Shown here piece by piece: positions 29,880 through 39,627 of a stretch of 64,000 nucleotides of DNA. Under the pieces are notes generated by a model, which ran no database searches, was not told the DNA's origin, and worked only from the letters and a program-made list of their open reading frames with translations. This DNA is from an uncultured delta proteobacterium (GTDB taxonomy: Bacteria; Myxococcota_A; Polyangia; Polyangiales; Polyangiaceae), in NCBI GenBank assembly GCA_963806225.1, contig CAWDXG010000004.1:2368001-2432000 (forward strand), in the 5' to 3' direction. Both the position numbers and the translations under genes were made by a program. Positions within the stretch are counted from its first letter, which is position 1. Each line of letters starts with the position of its first letter.

Positions 29880-32858
29880 ATGCCTTTGAAGATGCTCCCC
29901 CGCTTCGTGCTCTTCGCACTGCTCGCCGGCACGGCGCTCGGCTGCACCACCAGCTCGCCGACGGTGCTCGGCAGCGCTCCGCCCGGCAACGGCCCGATGG
30001 TCCGCTTCGACGTGTTCCACAAGCCGTTTCCCGAGATCCCGCTGCCGAACGACTTCGCCACCCGCTACGACGCGACCTCACCCACCGGGCGCCGCCTGAA
30101 CGCCAGCATCCTCGCGGCGCGCACCAGGTGGGAACAGGCGACGCGAGCGGAGCTCGACAAGCTGTCCGGCTGGGGAACGCTCGCACCCATCACGGTGAGC
30201 TTCACCCAGCCGATCGATCCCCAGGTGATCCTCGACCGCCACTACAAGGACAACTTCGACTACCAGGACGACGCCGTGCTGGTGATCGACGTGACGCCCG
30301 GCTCGCCCGGCTACTGCGAGGCAGTGCCACTCGATCTGGGACAGGGCAACTACCCGCAGGTGCTCGCCGAGCCCGTCGTCTACGACTCCGATCCGCGCGC
30401 CAACCTGCAGACGCTCACCGTCGAGGAGACCGAGGAGGACACGAACGGAAACGGCAAGCTGGATCCGGGCGAGGACACCGACATGGACGGCGTGCTCGAC
30501 CATCCCGACACGCTCGACGGCAAGCCCGGTTCGCCGCGCCTCGAGTTCTACGAGCGCGAGACCAACACGCTCACGATGAAACCGGTCATGCCGATGCGCG
30601 AAGCAACGACCTACGCGGTCGTGCTGACCCGGCGGCTGACCTCACCCTCCGGCAGTCCGGTGCGCTCGCCGTTTGCGGGCATCAACCACGCCGCGCAGAC
30701 GGACGAGCTCAGGCCGCTCGGCGCGTGCCTGCCGCGCTACGGCCTGGGGATGAAGGACGTGGCCTTCACCTGGGCCTTCACCACGCAGAGCCTCACCCAC
30801 GACTACCGCCTGGTGCGCGACGGGCTGTACGGCATCGGCCCGCTGAAGGCGACGTTGCGGGAGTTCCCGGCCACGCTCTCGCGCCTCGACGACGTGATCG
30901 ACAAGGGGCCCGGCGTGGCCAGCACGAAGGTCGTGCCGGAGAGCAAGTTCACTCCGCTCGCGGTCAAGCTCTTGAAGCTCACTGGCTCGTCGGACGCGGA
31001 GATCCAGGGCTTCCAGGCCACCATGCAGAGCGTCGACTTCATCGTGGCCGGCGCGATCAAGTCGCCGCAGTACTTCCCGCGGAAGGACGCCAGCGGCAAC
31101 ATGCTGCCGCTCTACCGCCAGGTGTGGAACCTGCACAAGGCGCCGCGCGGCGAAGACGTGCCGTTCTGGATGTTCGTGCCGAAGAACCGGCAGGGCCCTG
31201 CGCCGGTGGCGATTTTCATCCACGGCCACGGCGGCAGCAAATTCGACGCGCTGCCCTTCGCGGGCATCCTCGCCAGCTACGGCATCGCCACGATGGGCAT
31301 CGACGCCCCGAGCCACGGCGTCGGGCTACCGTCGACGGAGCTCGCGATCGTGAAGGGCTCTTTCAAGGACGCGGGCCTGGAAGGGCTCGGCACCTCGCTC
31401 CTGACAGGGCGCGCCATCGACTGGACGGGCGACGGCAATGTCGACTCCGGCGACGACTTCTGGACAGCCTACGTATTCCACACGCGCGACATGGTGCGGC
31501 AGACGGTCGTCGACGTGATGCAGCTGGTGCGCACGCTGCGCACCTTCGACGGCGCAACGCACTGGGCCTTCGACCCCGGGAACAAGGGCACGCCCGGGCT
31601 CGCCGGCGACTTCGACGGCGACGGCAAGGTCGATGTCGGCGGCACGGCACCGCTGCACGTGATGGGCGGCTCGCTCGGCGGCATCGTGGGCGCGACCATC
31701 GCGGGCCTCGAACCCGCGATCGACAGCGCCATCGCGATCGTGCCGGGCGGCATGCTGAGCGAGATCGGCAAGCGCTCGACGCTGGGCGGCGTCAAGGACG
31801 CGATGGTGCTGCGCGCTCTCGGGCCGCTGTTCTTCGCGGACAAGGGCTCGCTGAAGCTACGCGCCAACAACGGCCAGACCAGCGACGTGACGCTCACGAT
31901 CCACGATCTTCCCACGCTCGCGCCGCGCGACACGGTTGTCTTGACCAACCGCACGACGGGGGAGTACCGCTGCGCCGCGGTGCAGCAGTCGGGGACATTC
32001 CGCGCCGCGGTCTCGTCCGACGCCGGCGACGCGCTGGAGCTCGCCGTCTACCACGGGCCGCTCCCGCCGAAGACACCGGAGGGCTGCGTGGTGCCGCACG
32101 ACACGCCGTACGTCGACATCACCACCTTCGGCGGTTCGGGAAGCCTGGGCGACCGGACCTGGGAGGACGGCTCGCCGCTGGTGGCACCCTGCGACGGATT
32201 CGGCATGCGGCGCGCGACGCCCGATCTGCGCCGCTTCCTCGGGCTCTCGCAGATCGCTCTCGACGCGGCCGATCCGATGAACTTCGCGCCGTACTGGGAT
32301 GGCACGCGCAAGCTCACCTACGGCACCGGCGAGACGGTGCACACCAACGTCATGGAGATGCCCTCGGTCGGCGATCCCGGCGTGATGATCGCCGACGGCG
32401 TTGCGCTCGGCCGCGCCGCCGGCTTCATCCCCTACGATCACAACGACCCGCGCTACGACAAGTCGGACAACCAGGTCATGATCGACACCTGGACCACCGA
32501 GGGCACCGTGCGCATGGACCGCTACGAGAACAGCCAGGGCGAGCCGGTGCTCATGGACGTCGAGCACCTCGCTGCGGTCGTACCCGTCGACGACGGCCTC
32601 GACGTGCCGCGTCTCGATCCCCCGCTGCGCTTGATGCACAAGAATGCCGACGGCACCTGGAGCGGCTTCATCCTGCCCATGCTCGACCCCAAGGGCAAAC
32701 ACGGCTTCGTCACGCCCGATCCCACCAAGCCCTTCGACCTTGGCACGTACCTGCTCAACATCGCCGGGCGTTACCTCCAGAGCGACACCCGCGACTTCAG
32801 CTGGGACAAGTGCCAGGCCAAGTCCGCCTGCCCCTGGACGACCTTCCCGCTCAAGTAG
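29880..32858 (+). CDS. Large secreted lipase-like alpha/beta hydrolase lipoprotein
   Basis: LGC lipobox, IPLPND, FIHGHGG, IDAPSHG, MGGSLGG nucleophile elbow, late HGF His; EF-hand-like DTNGNGKLD. Confidence 0.75.
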   Translation: MPLKMLPRFVLFALLAGTALGCTTSSPTVLGSAPPGNGPMVRFDVFHKPFPEIPLPNDFATRYDATSPTGRRLNASILAARTRWEQATRAELDKLSGWGTLAPITVSFTQPIDPQVILDRHYKDNFDYQDDAVLVIDVTPGSPGYCEAVPLDLGQGNYPQVLAEPVVYDSDPRANLQTLTVEETEEDTNGNGKLDPGEDTDMDGVLDHPDTLDGKPGSPRLEFYERETNTLTMKPVMPMREATTYAVVLTRRLTSPSGSPVRSPFAGINHAAQTDELRPLGACLPRYGLGMKDVAFTWAFTTQSLTHDYRLVRDGLYGIGPLKATLREFPATLSRLDDVIDKGPGVASTKVVPESKFTPLAVKLLKLTGSSDAEIQGFQATMQSVDFIVAGAIKSPQYFPRKDASGNMLPLYRQVWNLHKAPRGEDVPFWMFVPKNRQGPAPVAIFIHGHGGSKFDALPFAGILASYGIATMGIDAPSHGVGLPSTELAIVKGSFKDAGLEGLGTSLLTGRAIDWTGDGNVDSGDDFWTAYVFHTRDMVRQTVVDVMQLVRTLRTFDGATHWAFDPGNKGTPGLAGDFDGDGKVDVGGTAPLHVMGGSLGGIVGATIAGLEPAIDSAIAIVPGGMLSEIGKRSTLGGVKDAMVLRALGPLFFADKGSLKLRANNGQTSDVTLTIHDLPTLAPRDTVVLTNRTTGEYRCAAVQQSGTFRAAVSSDAGDALELAVYHGPLPPKTPEGCVVPHDTPYVDITTFGGSGSLGDRTWEDGSPLVAPCDGFGMRRATPDLRRFLGLSQIALDAADPMNFAPYWDGTRKLTYGTGETVHTNVMEMPSVGDPGVMIADGVALGRAAGFIPYDHNDPRYDKSDNQVMIDTWTTEGTVRMDRYENSQGEPVLMDVEHLAAVVPVDDGLDVPRLDPPLRLMHKNADGTWSGFILPMLDPKGKHGFVTPDPTKPFDLGTYLLNIAGRYLQSDTRDFSWDKCQAKSACPWTTFPLK

Positions 32859-32874
32859 CGGCGGAGGGCAGCCG

Positions 32875-33336
32875 CTACGGCGCGGGCTTCGGCATGCACA
32901 GCTGCTGCGTGCAGAGCCCACCCGGAGGCGTGCAGATGCTGCAGCTCGAGTTGCAGCACACCTGACCCACGGCACAGCGCCGGCTACCGCACACCGGACC
33001 GCCCGCCCCCGCGTCCGACGGCGGAGCGCTGGCCTTCTGGCACACCCCGCCACAGTCGCGCCCTCCGCGGTGCGGATCACACATCATCGGATTTCCGACG
33101 CAGCGGAGCCCCGGCCCGCACATCAGCCCCGCGATCCCCCCGCAGCTCTGCCCTTCGTCGCGCCCCGCGGTCGGCGGCTTCGACGAGGGCGCCGGCTGCG
33201 ACGAGGGCGGCGGTGTGTCCGACGACTCTGCCGTCGCGCTCGCCGGCGGCGGCGGCGGGATCTCGGGCTCCTCCGCCTTCGGCGCCTGGCTCGAAGCACA
33301 CGCCGTCAGCAAGAACCCCAACGTGAGATAGCGCAC
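32875..33336 (-). CDS. Cys-rich lipoprotein
   Basis: LTAC lipobox; CGGIAGLMC, CDP..GG.DCGGVC, CCNSSCSIC...CTQQLC. Confidence 0.75.
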   Translation of the reverse strand: MRYLTLGFLLTACASSQAPKAEEPEIPPPPPASATAESSDTPPPSSQPAPSSKPPTAGRDEGQSCGGIAGLMCGPGLRCVGNPMMCDPHRGGRDCGGVCQKASAPPSDAGAGGPVCGSRRCAVGQVCCNSSCSICTPPGGLCTQQLCMPKPAP

Positions 33337-33387
33337 GCGCCTAGCCTTGGCGCAGCAGAGCGCGAGCGCAACGAGAAAAGACCGCCG

Positions 33388-34413
33388 CTACTCGCGGGGC
33401 GCCACACCCAGCTCGCGCGCGAGCAGCGTGTACGACTGCTTCCGGGCTGCGGGGTCGTGGATGTGCGTCATGACCATGAGCTCGTCGGCGGCGCACTCGC
33501 TGGCGAGCTCCCGCAGCTCTGCGGCGACGCGGGCCGCGCTGCCGACGATGTGGCGCGCGGCGTAGGTGCGGCGCAGCGCCTCCTCCTCCGGGTCGTAGCG
33601 GTAGGCCAGCGCTTCCTCCACGCTCGGTAGCGGCAGATCCCTGAGCCCCTGGGCAAAGCGCAGCCCGGACAGGTACGAGCTCGACGCCAGCCGCTCGGCC
33701 TCCTCGTCCGTCTCCGCGGAGATGGCCGACACCGCGAGGATCGAGTACGGGCCGGAGCCCCCCGCCGACGAGCGGAACTCGCTCCGGTAGGCCTGCATCA
33801 TGCTGACCGCGTCGTCCGGATTGATGTGCCGCGCGAAGGCGAAGCCGAGCCCGAGCCGCGCGGCGAGCCGCGCGCCGTAGTCGCTCGAGCCCAGCATGTA
33901 GATCACCGGGCGCGGCACACCGGAAGGGATGGCCGCGATCGTTAGCGTGAACGGCTCGCGCGGCGCGGCGTCCGCATCCAGATAGCCGAAGAGCTGGTCG
34001 AGCTGCTTCGGAAAGTCCTCGCCGGCCAGGGCATGGTGCGAGCGGCGTAGCGCCAGTGCAGTGCGCGGGTCGGTGCCCGCCGCGCGCCCGATGCCGAGAT
34101 CTATGCGCCCCGGAAACAGCGCGTGCAGCACACGGAACAACTCCGCCACCTTCAGCGGACTGTGGTTCGGCAGCATCATGCCGCCCGAGCCGACGCGGAT
34201 GTGCTGCGTGGCCGCAGCCACCTGGCCGATCATGATCTCGGGCGCGGAACTGGCCAGGCTCATCGCGTTGTGGTGCTCGGCCAGCCAGTAGCGGGTGAGG
34301 CCGATGCGCTCGGCGTGCTGCCCGAGCTCGATCGTGTTGTGGAGTGCCTGCCCTGGCGTGGACCCGGACGGGATGGGCGACAGATCCAGGACGGAGAGCG
34401 GCAGCGGGGCCAC
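33388..34413 (-). CDS. LLM-class (luciferase-like) flavin-dependent oxidoreductase
   Basis: LSVLDLSP, RYWLAEHH, RVGSGGMMLPNHSP, GRIDLGIGRA.G.D. Confidence 0.92.
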   Translation of the reverse strand: MAPLPLSVLDLSPIPSGSTPGQALHNTIELGQHAERIGLTRYWLAEHHNAMSLASSAPEIMIGQVAAATQHIRVGSGGMMLPNHSPLKVAELFRVLHALFPGRIDLGIGRAAGTDPRTALALRRSHHALAGEDFPKQLDQLFGYLDADAAPREPFTLTIAAIPSGVPRPVIYMLGSSDYGARLAARLGLGFAFARHINPDDAVSMMQAYRSEFRSSAGGSGPYSILAVSAISAETDEEAERLASSSYLSGLRFAQGLRDLPLPSVEEALAYRYDPEEEALRRTYAARHIVGSAARVAAELRELASECAADELMVMTHIHDPAARKQSYTLLARELGVAPRE

Positions 34414-34416
34414 GCG

Positions 34417-34872
34417 CTACTTGAAGTCCTGCACGGCCCAGACGCTGCCGCTGGTAGCCGAGAAGCCGCACGCGACCATCGTATGCTTCGTGCTCGACAT
34501 GTTGATGTAGTGGCCGTGCTTCTGGAAGTTCGAGCCCGGGCCTTCGGCCCACATCATGTCGAGGCAGCTGCCGCTGGCGGCCAGCCGGGGCATTCGTTCT
34601 GGGCGTGCTCGCCGCAGCTTCCGAACGCGCCGTGGGCCTGGCCCGTCTGCTTGTCGCTCTTCGCCTGGCTGTCGGCGCACGCGCCCTTGTCCCAGAGCTT
34701 GTAGGGCGGCAGCTTGAGCGTCTTGCGCAGAGCGTTGATCTTGTTGACGCACTGCTGGCGCTGGGCCGCGAGCGGATCGCTCGAGCTGCCGGAACCGCCC
34801 GTGCCCGGAACCGCTGCTGCCGCAGCCCGCCACTGCCATCGCCACCAGCCCTACCAGCCACGCGCGCTTCAT
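34417..34872 (-). pseudogene. CAP/SCP-domain-like lipoprotein with two compensating frameshifts
   Basis: VAGC lipobox and C-terminal CLDMMWAEGPG...GHYINM...VACG share one frame. The middle (QCVNKINALR...CADSQA...AHGAFGSCGEHAQNECPGW) lies in another frame, with shifts near 34806 and 34577. Confidence 0.65.
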
Positions 34873-34990
34873 GGGAAAGTAGTGTACACCCCCGTCCCGA
34901 CCCGCGTCCGCAAAGTCGCGGATCCCGCGCGACGTGGCTTCCATCCCACGCTATCATCCCGCATTCTGTGACTGATAGAGGAACGAGAGG

Positions 34991-36301
34991 ATGAGCGAGA
35001 GCCGCTACCAGATCATCGAACGCATTGCAGCGGGAGGCATGGCCGAGGTGTACCGCGGCGAGAGCGCGGGCATCGAGGGCTTCCGCAAGAAGGTCGCCAT
35101 CAAGCGCGTCCTGCCCAAGCTGTCGTCGAACCGCGAGTTCATCAACATGTTCCTCGACGAGGCGCGCCTGTGCGCCTACCTGAACCACTCCAAGTGCGTG
35201 CAGGTGTTCGACATCGGGCAGGGTAACGGCTCGCACTTCATCGTGATGGAGTACGTCGACGGTGCGGATCTGAAGCACGTGCTCGAGTACCTGGGGGCGC
35301 ATCGTCAGCAGATGCGCGTCGAAGTCGCCTGCCTGATCGCGATGGGCATCGCCGAGGGCCTCGCCTACGCGCACCAGGCGTGCGACGCGCAGGGCCGCCC
35401 GCTCGAGATCGTGCACCGCGATATCTCGCCGCACAACGTGCTCATGACGCGCTTTGGCGAGGTCAAACTCGTGGACTTCGGGCTGGCCAAGGCAAGCTCG
35501 CACCTGACGGCCGAGGACGAGGACATCGTCAAGGGCAAGTTCGGCTACCTGGCGCCCGAGGTCACGCTCGGTCAGGGCGCCGACAAGCGCGTCGACATCT
35601 TCGCCGCCGGCATCCTGCTCTGGGAAATGCTCGCGGGGCGGCGCCTGTTCCTGGGCAACAGCGACGTGGAAACGTTCAAGCTGGTGCAGGCCGCCAACAT
35701 CCCGGACCCTCGCGAGAGCCGCCGGGACATCCCCGACGAGCTGATCCGCGTGCTGGCGCGGGCGCTGGCCCGCGATCGCGACCAGCGCTACCAGACGGCG
35801 GACGAGCTGGCGCGTGATCTGAGCGCGGTGCTGGTCGGCCTGCCGCGTCCAGCGTCGTACCAGGACATCGGCGCGCTGGTGCGCGAGGCCGCGGTGGAGC
35901 GCGACCAGCACCGCAGGGCCGAGGGCGCCGCCACCGAGGGCATGATCGGCGATCTGATCATCGACGCGCTGCACGACTTTTCCGGCGAGCTCGACAACGC
36001 CGAGGATCGCGTGTCGCGCCTGGGCACGCAGGGCGTCGACGTGGGGGCGGGCGGCAGCTTCGAGGATCCGAGCCAGTGGGGCCTCGACGCGCTGTTCGAA
36101 GAACCGGCGCCGGCGTATCCGGCGGCCCCTCCTCCGCCGCGCGGACAGGCGGCCATGCCGCCCACTCCGGGGGCGCAAGCCGCGCCCCGAGCCGGCGCGC
36201 CGCCGCCGCCACGCCGTCCGCCGCCTCCTCCCCGGGAGCGCGTCCAGAAGGCACCGGAAAAGAAGGACGGCCCGTTCTGGCGCCGCTGGTTCGGCAGCTG
36301 A
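34991..36301 (+). CDS. Hanks-type Ser/Thr protein kinase
   Basis: GGMAEVY, VAIK, HRDISPHN, DFGLAK, GKFGYLAPE; Pro-rich C-terminus. Confidence 0.95.
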   Translation: MSESRYQIIERIAAGGMAEVYRGESAGIEGFRKKVAIKRVLPKLSSNREFINMFLDEARLCAYLNHSKCVQVFDIGQGNGSHFIVMEYVDGADLKHVLEYLGAHRQQMRVEVACLIAMGIAEGLAYAHQACDAQGRPLEIVHRDISPHNVLMTRFGEVKLVDFGLAKASSHLTAEDEDIVKGKFGYLAPEVTLGQGADKRVDIFAAGILLWEMLAGRRLFLGNSDVETFKLVQAANIPDPRESRRDIPDELIRVLARALARDRDQRYQTADELARDLSAVLVGLPRPASYQDIGALVREAAVERDQHRRAEGAATEGMIGDLIIDALHDFSGELDNAEDRVSRLGTQGVDVGAGGSFEDPSQWGLDALFEEPAPAYPAAPPPPRGQAAMPPTPGAQAAPRAGAPPPPRRPPPPPRERVQKAPEKKDGPFWRRWFGS

Positions 36302-36328
36302 AGTGACGACTCGGAAGCGAGGTGAAGC

Positions 36329-36754
36329 ATGGGCCTGACGTGGACGCGGGAGAATCCCCCGCACTGGGACGAAGAGAAGGCCGCCATCGTGGGCGGAGCG
36401 CCAGCGGGTATCTTCGATCTGCCCGACTACAAGCCGGGCGACGTGCTGCCCGGTGACTGGTGGCGCGTCGAGGATGACGCGGGCGTCGCGGGCTACGGCT
36501 GGATGGACACGGTGTGGGGTGACGCGGAGATCCTGCTGGCGGTGGCCCCCGCGCGGCAGAAGCAGGGCGTCGGCGGCTTCATCCTCGATCATCTGGAGGA
36601 AGAGGCGCGCGCCCGCGGCCTGAACCACCTGTACAACTCGGTGCGTCCCACGCATCCCGAGCGCGAGCGCGTCACGCGCTTCCTCCAAAGCCGGCGCTTC
36701 AAACCGTCCGGGGACGGCGTGATCCTGCGCCGCGTCGTCGCCCCGAAGAAGTAG
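36329..36754 (+). CDS. GNAT-family N-acetyltransferase
   Basis: LAVAPARQKQGVG acetyl-CoA motif A. Confidence 0.85.
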   Translation: MGLTWTRENPPHWDEEKAAIVGGAPAGIFDLPDYKPGDVLPGDWWRVEDDAGVAGYGWMDTVWGDAEILLAVAPARQKQGVGGFILDHLEEEARARGLNHLYNSVRPTHPERERVTRFLQSRRFKPSGDGVILRRVVAPKK

Positions 36755-36755
36755 C

Positions 36756-37130
36756 TCAGGCCTTCTTGCGCCGGGGGGCCTTCGCGCTCGACGCGCGCTT
36801 GGCTGCTGCCTTCCTGGCGGGCGCCTTCCTCGCGGGCGCCTTCTTGGCTGCTGCCTTCTTGGCGACTGCCTTCTGCTTCGCGGCGGGGCGCGCGGGCCCC
36901 TTTCCGCCGCGCGCGTGCGCCACGCGCTTCGGCTCCGGGATCAGGTCGAGGAAGCCAAAGCCGGCGCGCGACTCGAGCAGCTGCACGCGGCGCTGGTACG
37001 CCTCGCGCACGAGCCGTCGGAGCGCATCCTGCGGCGAAGCGCCGAGCGCGCCGGAGATCTGCTCGAGCATGCGCAGCTCGGCCGGAGTGAGTTCGAGGGC
37101 GAGCGTCTGGCGGCGCGGCATGACGCCCAT
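36756..37130 (-). CDS. Small basic protein: ribbon-helix-helix-like N-terminus with histone H1-like Ala/Lys tail
   Basis: LALELTPAELRMLEQIS...SPQDALRRLVREA, then AKKAAAKKAPARKAPARK. Confidence 0.55.
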   Translation of the reverse strand: MGVMPRRQTLALELTPAELRMLEQISGALGASPQDALRRLVREAYQRRVQLLESRAGFGFLDLIPEPKRVAHARGGKGPARPAAKQKAVAKKAAAKKAPARKAPARKAAAKRASSAKAPRRKKA

Positions 37131-37187
37131 GCTAGCGACGCCGGGGCGCGGGGCAAGCCCGCCCGCGCGCCGGGGCTGACCAGGGCG

Positions 37188-37850
37188 TCAGGTCCCGCTG
37201 TGGGGCAGCCCTTTCGGCAGCGGACAGGAGTGCGTGCCCGTCTTCTCGTCGTACTGCTGGTGGTATTCCTCGGCCTTCCAGAAGCGGCCGATGGGGGCAA
37301 TCTGGGTCACGACCGTCCTGCCCAGCTCGGCCTGGGCCTTTCGCTTGGCCGCGCGTGCCTCGGCCGCTTGTTCCTTGTTGAAGGTGAAGATCGCGCTGCG
37401 GTAGTTGCTCCCGACGTCGGGCCCCTGGCGGTCCAGCGTCGTGGCGTCGTGGTTCTTGAAGAAAACGGTCAGCAATTGCTGGTACGTGATCGCCTTGGGA
37501 TTGAACTCCACCAGCACCGTCTCGGCGTGGCCGGTGGTGTGCGAGCTCACGTCCTCGTAGCTCGGATACGTGGTGTGCCCGCCGGTGTAGCCGACGGCCG
37601 TGGCCACCACGCCGGGCACGTGCCGGAACACATCCTCCACGCCCCAGAAGCAGCCCCCCGCAAACGCCGCCAGCTGATCGCCCTTGCGGGGCGTGAGCGG
37701 CGAGCCGTTGCCCACATGCCCGGGATCGGTGCCCACCGCGCGAGCGGAGATGGCGCGGTCGGGCGTGGGGCCGGCCTCGCTGACCGTGCTGTGGCACGCG
37801 GGAAGCACGAGAGTCAGGAGCAGGGCGGAAAGCGGGGTGCGGCTTGTCAT
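37188..37850 (-). CDS. msrA: Peptide-methionine (S)-S-oxide reductase with lipoprotein signal
   Basis: FAGGCFWG, VGYTGG, TGHAE, QGPDVGSNYRS, AEEYHQQY; LPAC lipobox. Confidence 0.95.
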   Translation of the reverse strand: MTSRTPLSALLLTLVLPACHSTVSEAGPTPDRAISARAVGTDPGHVGNGSPLTPRKGDQLAAFAGGCFWGVEDVFRHVPGVVATAVGYTGGHTTYPSYEDVSSHTTGHAETVLVEFNPKAITYQQLLTVFFKNHDATTLDRQGPDVGSNYRSAIFTFNKEQAAEARAAKRKAQAELGRTVVTQIAPIGRFWKAEEYHQQYDEKTGTHSCPLPKGLPHSGT

Positions 37851-37927
37851 GCCTATGCCTACGGCGCGCGCCGGCCGGCGGTTACGGGCCACGCCCGGCG
37901 CCGATTTCCGCTAACGTGGGGGACGGA

Positions 37928-38422
37928 ATGGACCGCCGCTTGTTCCTGCTCGCCGCTGGGGTCGCGCTCGTCGTGGGCGGCTGCGTCTCGAAGCCGACGA
38001 TGAAGCTGAACCATGCCGAGATCAGCTCGGCGGGGCCGGCGGGCATCGGCCTGGACATCTACATGAATGTCACCAACGACAACAGCTTCGACGTGCAGGT
38101 GCGCAATGTGCGCGTGCAGACGACGCTGCAGGGTCGCTGGACGCTGCCTCCCCTCGCCTATAGCCCGAACCAGTGGCTGCCCGCCAAGGGCACGACCGTT
38201 GTCCGCGCGCCGGTGATCATCCCGTGGGCGCTGGTCGCGCCGCTGCTCGCCGAGACGGCAATGAGCCCGACCATCTCGTACCACGTCACGGGCTCGGCCG
38301 ACGTGACGGCCATCCGCTCGCTCGGCGTCAAGAGCGACAACTACCCGGTAGACGAAAACGGCACGATCCCGCGCGGCGCCGTGCTCGCTGCGGCGCGCAG
38401 CATGTTCCCCTTCGCCCGTTGA
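37928..38422 (+). CDS. LEA_2/WHy-domain lipoprotein
   Basis: VGGC lipobox; V.N.NSFDV motif resembling the NPN motif of WHy domains. Confidence 0.7.
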   Translation: MDRRLFLLAAGVALVVGGCVSKPTMKLNHAEISSAGPAGIGLDIYMNVTNDNSFDVQVRNVRVQTTLQGRWTLPPLAYSPNQWLPAKGTTVVRAPVIIPWALVAPLLAETAMSPTISYHVTGSADVTAIRSLGVKSDNYPVDENGTIPRGAVLAAARSMFPFAR

Positions 38423-38425
38423 GCG

Positions 38426-39226
38426 ATGTTCCGCGGCGCCGGCTCGCTGCTTCTGTTCATGGCGGCGTCCGATCTGTACGCGGGCGTCGTGCTGTCGGCG
38501 GCAGCCGTCCGCTACAGGGAGCTCTTTTCGGGGACCGGGTTCTCTCTCCGCCGTTACTACGTGCTGATGGGCTGGGCGCCGTTCGCCTACCTCGTGCTCG
38601 CCCTGGTGGTCGACGTGCGCTACCTGCTGTTGTTCATCGTGGCCGGCGTCGCCGGCATCGTCGGCGAAGTGCTGGTGGCGCTGCTCTGGCGCCGCTACTT
38701 CCACGAGCCGATCTGGACCTACAGCTATCGCTCCGTCCTGTCGGGCCACACCAGCACCATCAACTTCCTGCCCTGGGCCGTGGGCGCGCTCTGGTTCGTG
38801 GAGACGGCGCGGCTCGTGCTGGGAACCACATCGCTCGGCCTGTCGCTGCGCGCCGTGGCCGTGAGCGCAGCGGCCGTCGGCGCGGGGCTCGCGCTGGCCT
38901 GGCCGATGCGACGCTTCACGGCCTCCCGACAAGGGCGCTTCTCGGCCGCTGGCCTTGCGCTGTTCTGCCTGCCGGTCGCCACCACGGCGCTCGCGCTCGG
39001 CCTCTTGTGCGGCGTGCGCTACCCGCTTCTGATGCTGGCGTTCTCCCTCGTCGGCTTCGTCACCGAGTACGCCTACGGCCGCGGCATGAGCGTGATGTTC
39101 GAGCGCGGCCTGTGGACCTACAACCACTGGCGCATCGACGAGGGCCACACCAGCTTCGTCACGCTACCCCTGTGGGCCCTGGGCGGCCTGTACTTCTATT
39201 TCATCGCCGGCGCGCTCGGCCTCTGA
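38426..39226 (+). CDS. Integral membrane protein with internal duplication
   Basis: Many TM segments; motif WTY....GHTS....P.WA.G.L.F occurs twice. Confidence 0.7.
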   Translation: MFRGAGSLLLFMAASDLYAGVVLSAAAVRYRELFSGTGFSLRRYYVLMGWAPFAYLVLALVVDVRYLLLFIVAGVAGIVGEVLVALLWRRYFHEPIWTYSYRSVLSGHTSTINFLPWAVGALWFVETARLVLGTTSLGLSLRAVAVSAAAVGAGLALAWPMRRFTASRQGRFSAAGLALFCLPVATTALALGLLCGVRYPLLMLAFSLVGFVTEYAYGRGMSVMFERGLWTYNHWRIDEGHTSFVTLPLWALGGLYFYFIAGALGL

Positions 39227-39234
39227 CGCGCCGC

Positions 39235-39627
39235 TCAGCGGTAGCGGCGCGGTGCGAAGCGGCTCTTCCAGTCGCCGTGCGAGAGCCGCCTGAGCCCGCG
39301 CGCCTGGTCGACGTGCACGAAATAGGTGTGCGCCGCGGAGTCGTCGGACAGCACCACCCGGCCGCGGTGGAAGCGTGCGGGGTGATCGCAGCGCACGTCG
39401 CACGCGCTCAGGATCTTGAAATCGACCTCGTAGAGCTCGCCGTGCACCGCAGTCCGTCCCGTGTCGAGCAGGCCCGCGTACACGCCGAGCTCCACCAGCG
39501 TGTATTTTCCGGCGGTGACCGCCTCGCCGATGAGCTCGGCGGACTCCAGAGCGTCGTGCCCTGGCTGTCCCGACAGGAACGTCCCGTACACGAACAGGCG
39601 GAAGCGACGATCCTGGGGAGAGACCAT
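39235..39627 (-). CDS. Gamma-glutamylcyclotransferase (GGCT/AIG2-like) family protein
   Basis: LFVYGT, V.GELYEV, GDW motifs; ATG abuts the DUF350 gene stop. Confidence 0.85.
   Translation of the reverse strand: MVSPQDRRFRLFVYGTFLSGQPGHDALESAELIGEAVTAGKYTLVELGVYAGLLDTGRTAVHGELYEVDFKILSACDVRCDHPARFHRGRVVLSDDSAAHTYFVHVDQARGLRRLSHGDWKSRFAPRRYR

Noticed and set aside
33341..36688. Very long alternative-frame ORFs (1115 aa here; also 38173-41799, 30128-32965, 53224-55659, 47010-48938)
   Set aside because: Arg/Ala/Gly-rich shadow frames overlapping well-supported genes; expected in high-GC DNA with few stop codons.
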